Source: an uncultured delta proteobacterium (GTDB taxonomy: Bacteria; Myxococcota_A; Polyangia; Fen-1088). Taken from it: a stretch of DNA of 64,000 nt. The translations under genes were made by a program, and so were the position numbers. Positions 53,937 to 63,376 of this stretch are shown one piece after another. The notes under the pieces were generated by a model, which worked only from the letters and a program-made list of their open reading frames with translations, made no database searches and was not told where the DNA came from. Within the stretch, counting starts at the first letter, position 1, and each line of letters opens with the position of its first letter. The DNA is taken from positions 160,001 to 224,000 of the forward strand of contig CAWCMR010000015.1 in the NCBI GenBank assembly GCA_963796685.1, in the 5' to 3' direction.

Positions 53937-55583
53937 GGGGTCAGCATCTTCACTGTATGGTCCAGGTCGTCTTGGCGAGCTTCGAGCAGCCGATCCTGGC
54001 GGTCCCTGATCTTGTCAGCGGACCACTCTGGCTCGAGGCAAATTTCTTTCGTGAGGTCGAAGGACACCTTGTTGTTGCGGGCGGTGTAGATGTTCTTCTT
54101 CCGATCGAAGTCGAAATATTGGGCCTTGTAGTTCTTGTGACCGCACAAAAGGGCCAGGTTGCCGAGGCGGTGGAGCCACAATTTGTGCTGGTCCACGCTG
54201 AAGCGCGTCTGCCAGTAAGGATCCTTCAGGGCTTGGGGGAGCACGTGCTCGATGGTCAGCCGCCCGCTGTAGCTCTTGGTGACGGAATCGTCTTGGGCGG
54301 CTTCTTCCAGGCGCAAGAGAACGGCCAGGTCGAAGGGTTTGCCGTAGAATCTCACTGCCCAACAGCTCGAGAAACTCCGTGTTCTGTGCGTTCTTCTTGA
54401 AGATCTGGCGGATGTCGCTGGCCTCTCTCCCATCTCGAATCGCGCTGATGAGCTGGAAATAGACGGTGAGTCGGGCTGTGCGACCGAGACGCCGGACCCA
54501 GTTCTGCATCGTGATCTTCTCTAGCAGCTCGATGAACTCCTGTTCTGACAGTCCGTCGACAGGATGATTCAGGTATGCGAGGAGTGGCGGGATCCACTCG
54601 TCGTACTCAACACGATGCAACGCCCTGATCGATCGAAGCGCGCCGGAGCCGGCGAAAGCTCCCTCGACAACACGCATGTAGTTTTTGGCGGAGGCAACCA
54701 CCGAATCGAGAAAAGCGAATGAGCCGCCCTTCGTCTCGGTGATCAGAGGCTCAATCTCCTCATGCAGGGCACCACGGGCCTTTGCGGCGCGAAGAGATGT
54801 CCGGTGGTGGCCAAAGAAGGCGTCCAGCCGTTCAAGTCCGAGCTCCTCCTCCAGCTCGAGCCAGCGTTCCTCGAGCTCTTGGCTTCGGCCGGCCTGCCCC
54901 TCCAGGTGACTGAAGAGTGAATTCTTGATCAGGTCGGCATTCGAAAGCGGCATGCCGCGCGCGTTTAGAACGTTGAAGAGTCGATAGGCCGATTTTCGTG
55001 ACTGGGTGGTAACGAAGACCACGTAGACCTTCGAAAGCAGGTAGTTCGCGAACAACTTGAGCTCCCGTTGGTCTTGCCCCTTGTCCTGGCAGAACGCGTC
55101 GACGACTTCGAGGTTTTCTGCCAGGCGCCGTTGCGGTGTCTCAAGTCTGTCGCGATCCTCGGTAGGCAGTGCCTGACCGTCAAGCACATGCTTCCGGAAG
55201 AACGCCCGGTCCTTCTGCCGCAGAAGCAGCCGTGGCGTTTCGGCCTCGCCCGTCAAGACATTGCGGGGCAGGATTCGCTTTCCAAGCTCGGCCTTGGCGG
55301 CATCGTCTGCGATGCGATCCCGAAGACGCGCAAAGATGAGGTTTAGGGTTGTCAGGCGTTGCTGCCCATCGACGACGTCATATCGCCGGTCTTTCTCGGT
55401 CTCGATCGTTATAAGGGACCCGATGAAATATTCGGCATCCTCCGCTTTGTACGCCTCCCACACGTCATCGAGAAGTTGCTGAACGTTGTCCCTCTCCCAG
55501 GAGTACGGGCGTTGGTAGGGAGGGATCTCGTAGCAAAGTTGCTCCGTGAGGATTTTGGAGATCGTGCGCTCTTCGGCGTTCAT
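53933..55583 (-). CDS. DUF262 + DUF1524 (GmrSD-like) nuclease; one frameshift near 54350
   Basis: [30 protein letters not shown]; the second frame has TIEHVLPQ...RLGNLALL; SD GAGGA. Confidence 0.88.
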
Positions 55584-55734
55584 CTGGTCCTCGTCTGGTT
55601 GGGTGGCATGTCTACGCCGCCGAATTGTAACAGCATCAGGCGGCAATCGCTGAAATCGGTCCGCCAGAATCTAGGCAAGGTGCGATGTCGAAAGAAGTCG
55701 GCGTTCACGTATGCCGCAGGGTGGTCCGCCAGCC

Positions 55735-55845
55735 CTCCGGGATTACCGCCCGGAGGTCCCGCTCGCTGATCAGATCGACATCGTCGCGAGAATCAGCGAA
55801 GAGAATCCTTTCCTGGCTGTCCGGCGCCAACAGCGTTGCGTCCCG
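55735..55845 (-). pseudogene. Remnant of a small HTH-type gene of the kind found beside serine recombinases
   Basis: TLLAPDSQERILFADS..DDVDLISERDLRAV, paralogous to LTLLAPDIQERLLFAEA at about 57275-57330. Confidence 0.55.
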
Positions 55846-56069
55846 CAGGCTGCATGATTCTCGCACTCGTCGCCCCGAGTCGCCGTGACAGATCTGCCCG
55901 ATCATGCGTGGTGGGAGTCAGCGTGTTTCCAGGGGTCAAGCACGTGGCGGCTGGATGAATAGGCGGCGCTTCCCGACGACGTACAAGGCAAACGCCCACC
56001 AGCAGGCCAAGAGCACGACCGTCTCCATGTGTGTGGCATGCACGATCGTGCCCGAGTCGATCAGGCTCC

Positions 56070-56204
56070 CTCTCCATCAACCGCTACAAGGAGACGAAGC
56101 ACGAAGAGGTCAAGTACGACCCGCCCAAGAAGATCATTGCCAAGCTACGCGCCTTGGAAACGGAGATCTCCAGGGATCTTGACGAGCTGGAGGCGATGCT
56201 GTGA
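56070..56204 (+). pseudogene. C-terminal fragment of a second type I HsdM
   Basis: LSINRYKETKHEEVKYDPPKKIIAKLRALETEISRDLDELEAML*, a typical HsdM C-terminal tail; GTGA overlap with the next gene. Confidence 0.7.
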
Positions 56205-56935
56205 CCAAGAAGCTCGCCAAGCCACGCGCTGCGAAGGTTGCACCACCGAGCCTGGCTCGCCGGCCGGCTGGCTATGCCGAGTGGCTCGCGGACGTGAAGG
56301 AACGTGTCCGCGCCGCACAGCAGCGCGCGTCCTTGGCGGTGAACCACGAGCTTCTGCGACTTTACTGGGGGATCGGGCGCGACATCCTCGACCGGCAGGT
56401 GGCGGGAACCTGGGGCGAGGGCATCGTCGACCAAGTGGCGGCCGACCTGCGCGCCGAGTTTCCGTCGATGAAGGGCTTTTCGCGTTCGAACGTCAAGTAC
56501 ATGCGGGCCTTCGCCCAGGCGTGGCCCGACCCTGTATTTGGCCAACAGCCTGTTGGCCAAATTCCCTGGGGCCACAACCTGGTCCTGCTGACCAAGCTGA
56601 AGGACAAGAACGCGCGACTTGCCTACGCCACCAGCGTGCTCGAACACGGCTGGTCCCGCGCAGTCCTGGTTCACCATCTCAAGACGCGCACCGTGGAGCG
56701 CCGGGGCAAGGCCATCACCAACTTCGAGCAGCGCCTGCCCAAGCCCCAGTCCGACCTCGCGCGCGAGAACCTGAAGGATCCCTATCGCTTCGACTTCCTG
56801 GGAGTGGGCGAGGAAGCCGACGAACGCGCGCTCGAGGACGCCCTGGTTCACCACATCACCAAGTTCCTGCTGGAGCTGGGCGCGGGCTTCGCCTTCGTCG
56901 GCCGCCAGGTGCGGGGATTTCGACAGTCGGTATAG
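56201..56935 (+). pseudogene. Second YhcG/DUF1016 gene, truncated before its PDDEXK catalytic motif
   Basis: LYWGIG, KGFSRSN..YMR, IPWGHN, LKDPYRFDFL, FLLELGAGFAFVGRQ, then an abrupt switch of sequence near 56910. Confidence 0.85.
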
Positions 56936-57046
56936 GAACCGTTCCATCGCGTAGTATTGCAGCAACTCCTGGAACGGCCGCCGCGTCTCTTGGGCGCGTG
57001 CCTGCAGGCGTGCTTGCACCGAGGCGGGGAGGTTCTTGAGTGTCAC
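56908..57046 (-). pseudogene. N-terminal fragment of an AbiEii-family nucleotidyltransferase toxin
   Basis: TLKNLPASVQARL...RPFQELLQYYAMERFLYRLSKSPH. Confidence 0.75.
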
Positions 57047-57271
57047 GGCATGACCTCGATGTAGGGACGCAGGGCTCGCTCCACGTGGCGCATTCGTGCG
57101 TACTTGAGCAGGAGGTCGAGCTTCCCTTTCCGGCGCTGCCGCCATAGCCGGAGCGCTTCGATGACCACGTCCATCCCGATTTTGTTGCGGTAGCGGAAAC
57201 AGTCCACGATGGTCTTTTCCGGATCGCAGATGCGAACGCGGACGCTGTCGAGCGTGTGGGGCTCGATGCCC
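57043..57271 (-). pseudogene. C-terminal fragment of an AbiEi-family antitoxin
   Basis: GIEPHTLDSVRVRICDPEKTIVDCFRYRNKIGMDVVIEALR...LLKYA...RPYIE; GTGA overlap with the AbiEii fragment. Confidence 0.75.
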
Positions 57272-57700
57272 TCACGCTTCCGCGAAGAGGAGCCGCTCCT
57301 GGATGTCCGGGGCGAGTAGGGTGAGGTCGAGTAGCTGCATGACCCTTGCCCTTGTCACCCCTAGTCGTCTTGCCACCTCGGCACGATCACGGACGACTCC
57401 CCCGTTGCATCGGCCAAGGCGTCGCGGACCCGCTCTACGACAAAGTCCTCGATGGCCTGGGCGGGTAGGGGACTGGCCGCGCAGCCCGTCGGCTCCTCGC
57501 TTGTCGCGTTTCGAGCAGCGGTAGTAGCGGTATTCTCGGGTCCCCCGGCGCGTTGACGCGGGGGTGTAGGCCTGGCCGCATAGCGCGCAGTGAAGCATGC
57601 CGGTCAGGATGTACTCGGGGTTGCGACCTTGGCCTGCGGCATGAGTCCGGCCGTTCTCGTGGAGCAGCGAGGGGCTGGCAGCGCTTTGCTTTGACCGCAG
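57272..57700 (-). pseudogene. Large serine recombinase zinc-ribbon fragment fused to an HTH-gene fragment
   Basis: YILTGMLHCALCG...YRYYRC..., then LPAQAIEDFVVERV after a frameshift; followed by DRAEVARRLGVTRARVMQLLDLTLLAPDIQE. Confidence 0.75.
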
Positions 57701-57756
57701 CAGGCGATCGCGGTAGGAGCGATCAAAACACCGCACTTTGCCCCGTTCGTCTCCCA

Positions 57757-60078
57757 TCACGAGCGATGGTCTGGACAGAGGTAATGGATGCGGTGCTCGC
57801 CGTCGTCGACGTGGGCATCGACGATGACGTCCTTCGGCTCGATGGCTCGACCGCATTCGTCGAAGTCTCGGCGCTGCTGGGGAAAACTGCAGGCGACGTG
57901 CGCTCTACGAGAGTCGTCGAACTCGAACCTCAACCCGCGATCACCTGGCAAGCAGCAGGGTCTGATGTTGTCCTGGCCAGTCGTTACCCGCAGCGCACGC
58001 TGGACTGCAGCTGCGATGGGCGCGCGGTATCCGGCCAATTCCTCGCCCCACTCCGACAGGACCCCCACATGCGGCCGGACTGTCTTGAGCGCGCGAAACG
58101 CGCCCAAAACCCCGAGATGCTTCGAATAATATCGCCCTGGCTCGCACATCTCGTCGAACTCGACTCGACTGACGTGAGCGACGAAGATCTCGACGTTCTT
58201 CAGGGTTGCGAACGACTGTTCGACCGTTGGGCACCAATGCGTATCCGAAGAAATCGCGGCCAGCACCCGCTCTTCAAGACGATCCCGCTCGTGAAACGCC
58301 ACGCCAAATGCCGAGATCTTGCGGTGCCAACCGATGTCCGCGTGGTGAGCCACCAGTCCTTGAATCGTTAGCGTGGAGCCTCCGCTCTCCAGGAGCCAAG
58401 TATCGCCGCAACCGAAGACCACGATTTCGCTCTTGGGGCTCGACATCTTCACTTGGCTGGCGAGCCCCGTGTTGGCGTTCCTGCTGAGAAGGAAAGAGGA
58501 GATCCTGTGCCCGGCGCGACTCGCCAGATTGAGCACGCTCTCGACCTCGTACGTGTGGTCCGGGTGATTGTGCGTGACGATGACCGTATCGATATCGTCG
58601 ACCTTGAACCCGGTCTCGTAGAGGTTGCGGATGAAGCTCGGACCTGGGTCGACGGCGATGCCGTGGCCTTTCCATCGAAGTAGGTAGCCGCCCCCGCGGG
58701 AGGTGAATCGGGCCTCCCTATTCGAGGCCCATTGCTGTGGAAGGAACGGAGTGAACGAGCTCCACGAGCGCAGTACGCAGAAGACGTCGCGAGACGTCTG
58801 ATCCGCCCCCCTGTGGACCTTGACGGGTTTCGAATTCGTGTTCCTCGCGGCCTGGCTCTTCATCGAGCATGGAGCCAATGATCGCGGGTGGCCACCGCCG
58901 CTGCCTTGGGCCGCATCTGTCGGACCGTCGGCCATCCTGGGATGCCTCAGAAATCTAGCAAACCGCTGCTCGGCCTGCGATGCCGACCGGAACATTCCGT
59001 CAAAGTCGAAACGCAGCTCGTCGAGGACGGCGTTGTCCTCTCGCACGACCTCCTCCTCTCTCGCCGAGCGCGGTTTCAAGGGCTTAGCCAACCGGGCCAA
59101 CCGGACGCTTGCGTAGACCTTGCCGGGCGCTACCGTGGCGCCCAACTTGGCCTTCGTCCGAATTTCTTCGTAGTAGTCACCCAGGCACGTGGGCGTGGGT
59201 TTGTCGCGGGGGGCAAACAGGTCCTTCAGGATCTCCTCGTAGTGATGGATCGCCGAGAGCCGATGGGTATCCTGGCTGGCGTCCGCAGCAAAGGTCCGCA
59301 GCCAGGGATGGCCTTCGGCGTAAATGGCAAGGCTCTTCGGTGGCAACAACGCAGCCAGCTTCTCCGTGAGCTCGTCGCGGGCAGGCTTGCCGGTAAGGCG
59401 AATCCTGAGCTGCACGATCCGGCACGCCGTGACGTATAGATCTTGGTAGTTTCTCCTGTCACTGCCGGTGTAACCACAACAACGCTCGATCCGTTCCTTG
59501 CTTGAGAACCGAGCGAGCCTGATCAGGATGTCGTGCAACAACTTCTTCTCGCTCTTGGGAGTTATGATCAGAAAGACCGAAGCGATGGCCTGTTCAGCCT
59601 GGTCGAGATGCGTAACGTCGCCGCTGGCGATGGCTAGGTGCAGCTTCGACAATGCAATTAGGCCGTAGGCTATTGGCAGGTCCTTGAGGGTCTCTCGGAG
59701 AATGGAACGCTTGGAGGGCGCTGCACGCTTGCTACAACAGTGACCGCGTTTGGACATGCAGCCAAGGATGCCGTTGTCTTTGCATGCCTTCACACAGGTG
59801 CAGGCGCGTCGGGTCGGGGCTTCTCCATCGAGGACGAGCTCTGTCGCTTTGACCGCAAGGTCGTAGGCGCGCGCGTATTCCTCGCTGTGGTAGGCAGCCT
59901 TGGCCTCGAACAGCTTCTGGTAATAGCCGAGGCCGCACTCTTTGGCATGGTCTCGCAGCTCGCGGAATTCGGTCCGGAAGGCGCTGCGATCATAGCGTTC
60001 GCGCATCTTCGAATCGAAGCCCACGAGACTATCCCGAATACGTTGAATGGCGCGCCATTGAAACTGAGGATCAGGCAT
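57757..60078 (-). CDS. Large protein: helical (TPR-like) N-terminus, MBL-fold metallo-hydrolase, Cys/His-rich C-terminus
   Basis: VLRSWSSFTP...SRGGGYLL...IAVDPG...THNHPDH...AHH...SSD...AHV...HLG...SEWGEE; SD GGAGGG; intact 773-aa ORF. Confidence 0.8.
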   Translation of the reverse strand: MPDPQFQWRAIQRIRDSLVGFDSKMRERYDRSAFRTEFRELRDHAKECGLGYYQKLFEAKAAYHSEEYARAYDLAVKATELVLDGEAPTRRACTCVKACKDNGILGCMSKRGHCCSKRAAPSKRSILRETLKDLPIAYGLIALSKLHLAIASGDVTHLDQAEQAIASVFLIITPKSEKKLLHDILIRLARFSSKERIERCCGYTGSDRRNYQDLYVTACRIVQLRIRLTGKPARDELTEKLAALLPPKSLAIYAEGHPWLRTFAADASQDTHRLSAIHHYEEILKDLFAPRDKPTPTCLGDYYEEIRTKAKLGATVAPGKVYASVRLARLAKPLKPRSAREEEVVREDNAVLDELRFDFDGMFRSASQAEQRFARFLRHPRMADGPTDAAQGSGGGHPRSLAPCSMKSQAARNTNSKPVKVHRGADQTSRDVFCVLRSWSSFTPFLPQQWASNREARFTSRGGGYLLRWKGHGIAVDPGPSFIRNLYETGFKVDDIDTVIVTHNHPDHTYEVESVLNLASRAGHRISSFLLSRNANTGLASQVKMSSPKSEIVVFGCGDTWLLESGGSTLTIQGLVAHHADIGWHRKISAFGVAFHERDRLEERVLAAISSDTHWCPTVEQSFATLKNVEIFVAHVSRVEFDEMCEPGRYYSKHLGVLGAFRALKTVRPHVGVLSEWGEELAGYRAPIAAAVQRALRVTTGQDNIRPCCLPGDRGLRFEFDDSRRAHVACSFPQQRRDFDECGRAIEPKDVIVDAHVDDGEHRIHYLCPDHRS

Positions 60079-60531
60079 GGGATTCCCTCCGACTGCTCAG
60101 GAAAGACTCGGTCCGCTACAACAACCGCAGACATTACTGCATGTCAACTTGCTCGGGTCAACCCCAGCCGCCGCCACTTCAGCACGGTCACGAACCACTC
60201 CGCGCGGACGCCGCTCGTCGCGGATTTCCGCCTCGACCTTGACCAAGAGGTCCTCTTCACGCCCGAGCGGCTGGGCTACAGGACCGGGTCGACGGCACCG
60301 CTCGACCTCGTCATAGAGCGCCTCGATGTCGGCGACCGGTTCACGGTTACGGACGTGAACAACGTCTGGCAGCGGTCTCCGGATAAGCGCTGGCTGGCCG
60401 TGTACACATCCAGCGGCGGCCTCAGGACCGTCGACCTGGACACGGGAGCGGTCCACTTCGTGTCTCGATCTTGTCCACGATGGACCGGACAATGCGGGCG
60501 CGATTGTCTGGGGAAAGTGTGTCCCGGATCT

Positions 60532-60567
60532 CGTGCGGCAGTCATGCACGTGCGGCAGTCATGCACG
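60532..60567. repeat. 17-bp perfect tandem duplication with internal inverted symmetry
   Basis: cgtgcggcagtcatgca twice; the block is bounded by tcgtgc...gcacga. Confidence 0.85.
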
Positions 60568-60936
60568 ATTCGAGGATAGAACGGTATCCATGCCGTGGCT
60601 GGCCGACTGGCATCTGCCACGACGAGAATTCGCCTCTGCGGGCGAGTATCGGGTCTTCAGGGCGCTTACGTTCTCCGGGGTGCCGAGGAAGAGGTTGATA
60701 CCAACGACGTGGGAGTGAATCCCGGCGGGGTCGTCGATGGCACCTGGAAGCAATCTTCGAAAAGTGCGGCTAGGCGATCTCAGCGAGCGCGGCATCGTAT
60801 CTGTTGAGGCACTTGGTTTCGTTCGATTTGAACACCCGAGGCGATCGCGTTCAGCGCGATCGAGAGGCCGCACTTATGCCGGATCGTCTCCACAGAGTCC
60901 TATTGGGGGAAAGCGCGAATGCAGTAGGATAGCGGC

Positions 60937-62600
60937 ATGTCCAGCGCTGGCTCGCGGTCCGGTTTCTTGCTCGCGCTCTGCCTCGTGGCTTGCTCGGCCA
61001 ACCATGCGGCCGGTTCGGCTGGAGCTGGAGGCTCGGCTGGAGCTGGCGGCTCGGCTGGACTCGGCGGTGCGGGTGGAGCCGACGGCTCGGGCGGAGCTGG
61101 CGGGGCGACCGAGAGTTGGGACGCTGGCCCAGTCGGCGGTCAGGACGCCGGCGGTCCGACGCCCGGCGACGGGCCAGACCGGACAGTCGAGCCGAGTGGC
61201 GGTTGCAGCTCGGACGGCTGGTGCTGGCTGCGTCCGCGGCCGACCGGCAACACCCTCGCGAGCATTTCGGGAAGCAGGGCCGACGACCTGTGGGCGGCGG
61301 GGGAAGCTGGAACGGCCCTGCACTGGGACGGTACCACCTGGACGGCCCACAACGTGAATGGGGAGATCCATGACGTCTGGTCGGTGTTCCCGGCCGGTGC
61401 GAACGACGCGTGGGCGATCGGCTACGATGGACTCTTTCGCTGGGACGGCACCACCTGGACTCGGTCGGCGGCCGGAGCCCCGAGCGCAATCGTGGGGACA
61501 GGTCCCGACAACCTGTGGGCCGTGTCTGGCGAATACCTGATGCGGCTCATTGGCTCCACCTGGGGGGTCATGGGCGTCGCCGGCAGCGACTGCAGCGCGC
61601 TCTTCGTCGCATCTCCAACCGACATCTGGATCGGCTGCGACACCCTCTACCACTACGACGGGACGAGCTTCGTCGACACCGGCACGGTCCCTGGCGCTTT
61701 CCAGCTCGAAGGGAGCGGTCCCAGCGACATTTGGGCCGCCACGCTCGATGGCGTCTGGTCCTGGAACGGCACCGCGTGGGCCAAGGCCGGTCTGTCGACG
61801 ACGCCAATCTACAACCTGTCGGTCCGCGCCCCAGGGGATGTGTGGGCCCTCGATCACAACGATGTTCTCCACCATCGGGTCGGGGGCTCCTGGCAACAGA
61901 CCTGGCAGGGCCAGCCTTCGTCCACCCGCTGGGTCTGGGCGGTCGGTAGCGACGTCTGGATCGCCGGCGCTGATGGCCTCCTCTTGCGCGGCGACGGCAC
62001 GACCTTTGCGCCCACCGGCGACACGACGATCAGCCCGCAGGTCTGGGCCAGGGCCGTCTACGGGATCCCGCCCAGCCGAGTGTGGATCGCGACCGACGAC
62101 GGGGTCCAAGTCTTTGACGGGTCGACGCTGAGCCAGATGCCTGGAACCGCCGGTCGCGCATTCACGATGGTCTGGGCTTCGGCGCTCGACGACGTCTGGT
62201 TGGTCGGAAGCGACCTATACCTCTGGCGCTGGAGCAGCGGCTCTCTCCGGCAGGTGCGTGCCAGCAGCGGGATCCTCTGGGGGACGTCGGCGAACGACGT
62301 CTGGTCCGGATTCGACCATTGGGACGGACAGACCTGGACGACGACGGGGAAGGGCGACTCTGGCTACACGGTGGCGGGCCTGTGGGCGAGCGGGCCTTCC
62401 GACGCTTGGATGGTCGGCAACGACGGGTACGTCAAGCACTGGGACGGCACTGCCTGGACGCGGATGACGGGCACGGGAAGCCGGATGCTTGCCACCGTCT
62501 GGGGAACTGGTCCCACCGACGTCTGGATCGGCGGGGCTGACAAACAGGTCTTGCGCTGGGACGGCCAGAAGTGGACCACGCTCCACAGCCTCCCAAAACA
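60937..62600 (+). CDS. Lipoprotein with Gly-rich linker and Trp-rich beta-propeller repeats (frame lost near 62595)
   Basis: Lipobox CLVAC, GAGGS linker, repeated D(V/L)WA(V/A)G...HWDG..W units. Confidence 0.75.
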
Positions 62601-63298
62601 ACAATGGCCAAGCGACGCCGCCGGCAGGTTACTTCGCGTCCGTCAGCGCAGGCTATGCGTTTGCCTGCGGAGTGGGGACCGACGGCACTATTGCGTGCTG
62701 GGGCTACAACGGCGCGGGCCAAACCACACCGCCAGCCGGCTGGTTCTCTTTCGTCAGCGCGGGAGACGGGCACGCCTGTGGGGTCAGAACCGACGGGACC
62801 CTCGCATGCTGGGGCTACAACAACTATGGCCAGGCGATCCCGCCAGCAGGTACCTTCGTATCCGTCAGTGCCGGCGAGTATTTTGTCTGTGGGGTCAGGA
62901 CCGACGGGACTCTCGCATGCTGGGGCTACAACTTCTATGGGCAGGCGACGCCACCGGCAGGTAGCTTCGCATCCGTCAGTGCGGGTGACTATTCTGCATG
63001 CGGAGTTAAGACCGACGGGACTATCGCCTGCTGGGGCGACAACGTCTCTGGCGAGGCGACGCCCCCGGAGGATAACTTCGCGTCCCTCAGTGTCGGCCGC
63101 CATTTTGCGTGCGGGGTCAGGACCGATGGCACCATCGCCTGCTGGGGTGACAACAACTATGGCCAAGCGACGCCGCCGGCAGGTGGCTTCGTGTCCGTCA
63201 GTGCGGGTGACTATTCTGCGTGCGGGGTCAGGACCGACGGCACTATCGCCTGCTGGGGCGACAACGTCTCTGGCCAGGCTACGCCTCCAGCGCCATGA
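62597..63298 (+). CDS. RCC1/BLIP-II-like repeat region, out of frame with the upstream lipoprotein and lacking its own start
   Basis: Six 37-aa (111-bp) repeats F.SVSAG...ACGVRTDGT(I/L)ACWG.N..GQATPP at 62630-63295. Confidence 0.75.
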   Translation, partial: NNNGQATPPAGYFASVSAGYAFACGVGTDGTIACWGYNGAGQTTPPAGWFSFVSAGDGHACGVRTDGTLACWGYNNYGQAIPPAGTFVSVSAGEYFVCGVRTDGTLACWGYNFYGQATPPAGSFASVSAGDYSACGVKTDGTIACWGDNVSGEATPPEDNFASLSVGRHFACGVRTDGTIACWGDNNYGQATPPAGGFVSVSAGDYSACGVRTDGTIACWGDNVSGQATPPAP

Positions 63299-63376
63299 AG
63301 ACGGATGGCGGACACCCGCGCTGCAGGCCTTCGAGGGATTTGCGCCTTGGAAGTGCGTAGTAGACGGCGTCCACGC

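Larger units (their letters stand above)
44234..60570. mobile_element. tRNA-anchored genomic (defence) island, degenerate; right boundary approximate
   Basis: Starts right after tRNA-Asn; carries RM, nuclease and TA genes plus serine-recombinase remnants; no intact integrase and no attR copy found. Confidence 0.65.

Noticed and set aside
55940-56065. RRRFPTTYKA segment resembling an IS3-family transposase N-terminus
   Set aside because: Too short, with no inverted repeats or downstream transposase; cannot be supported.
56084-57145. 353-aa minus-strand ORF looking like a full AbiEii toxin
   Set aside because: Only about 46 residues are AbiEii-like; the rest is the antisense of the yhcG fragment.
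62630-63295. Regular repeats as a possible CRISPR array or DGR template
   Set aside because: Units are 111-bp in-frame protein repeats with no unique spacers; no cas or reverse transcriptase gene in the window.
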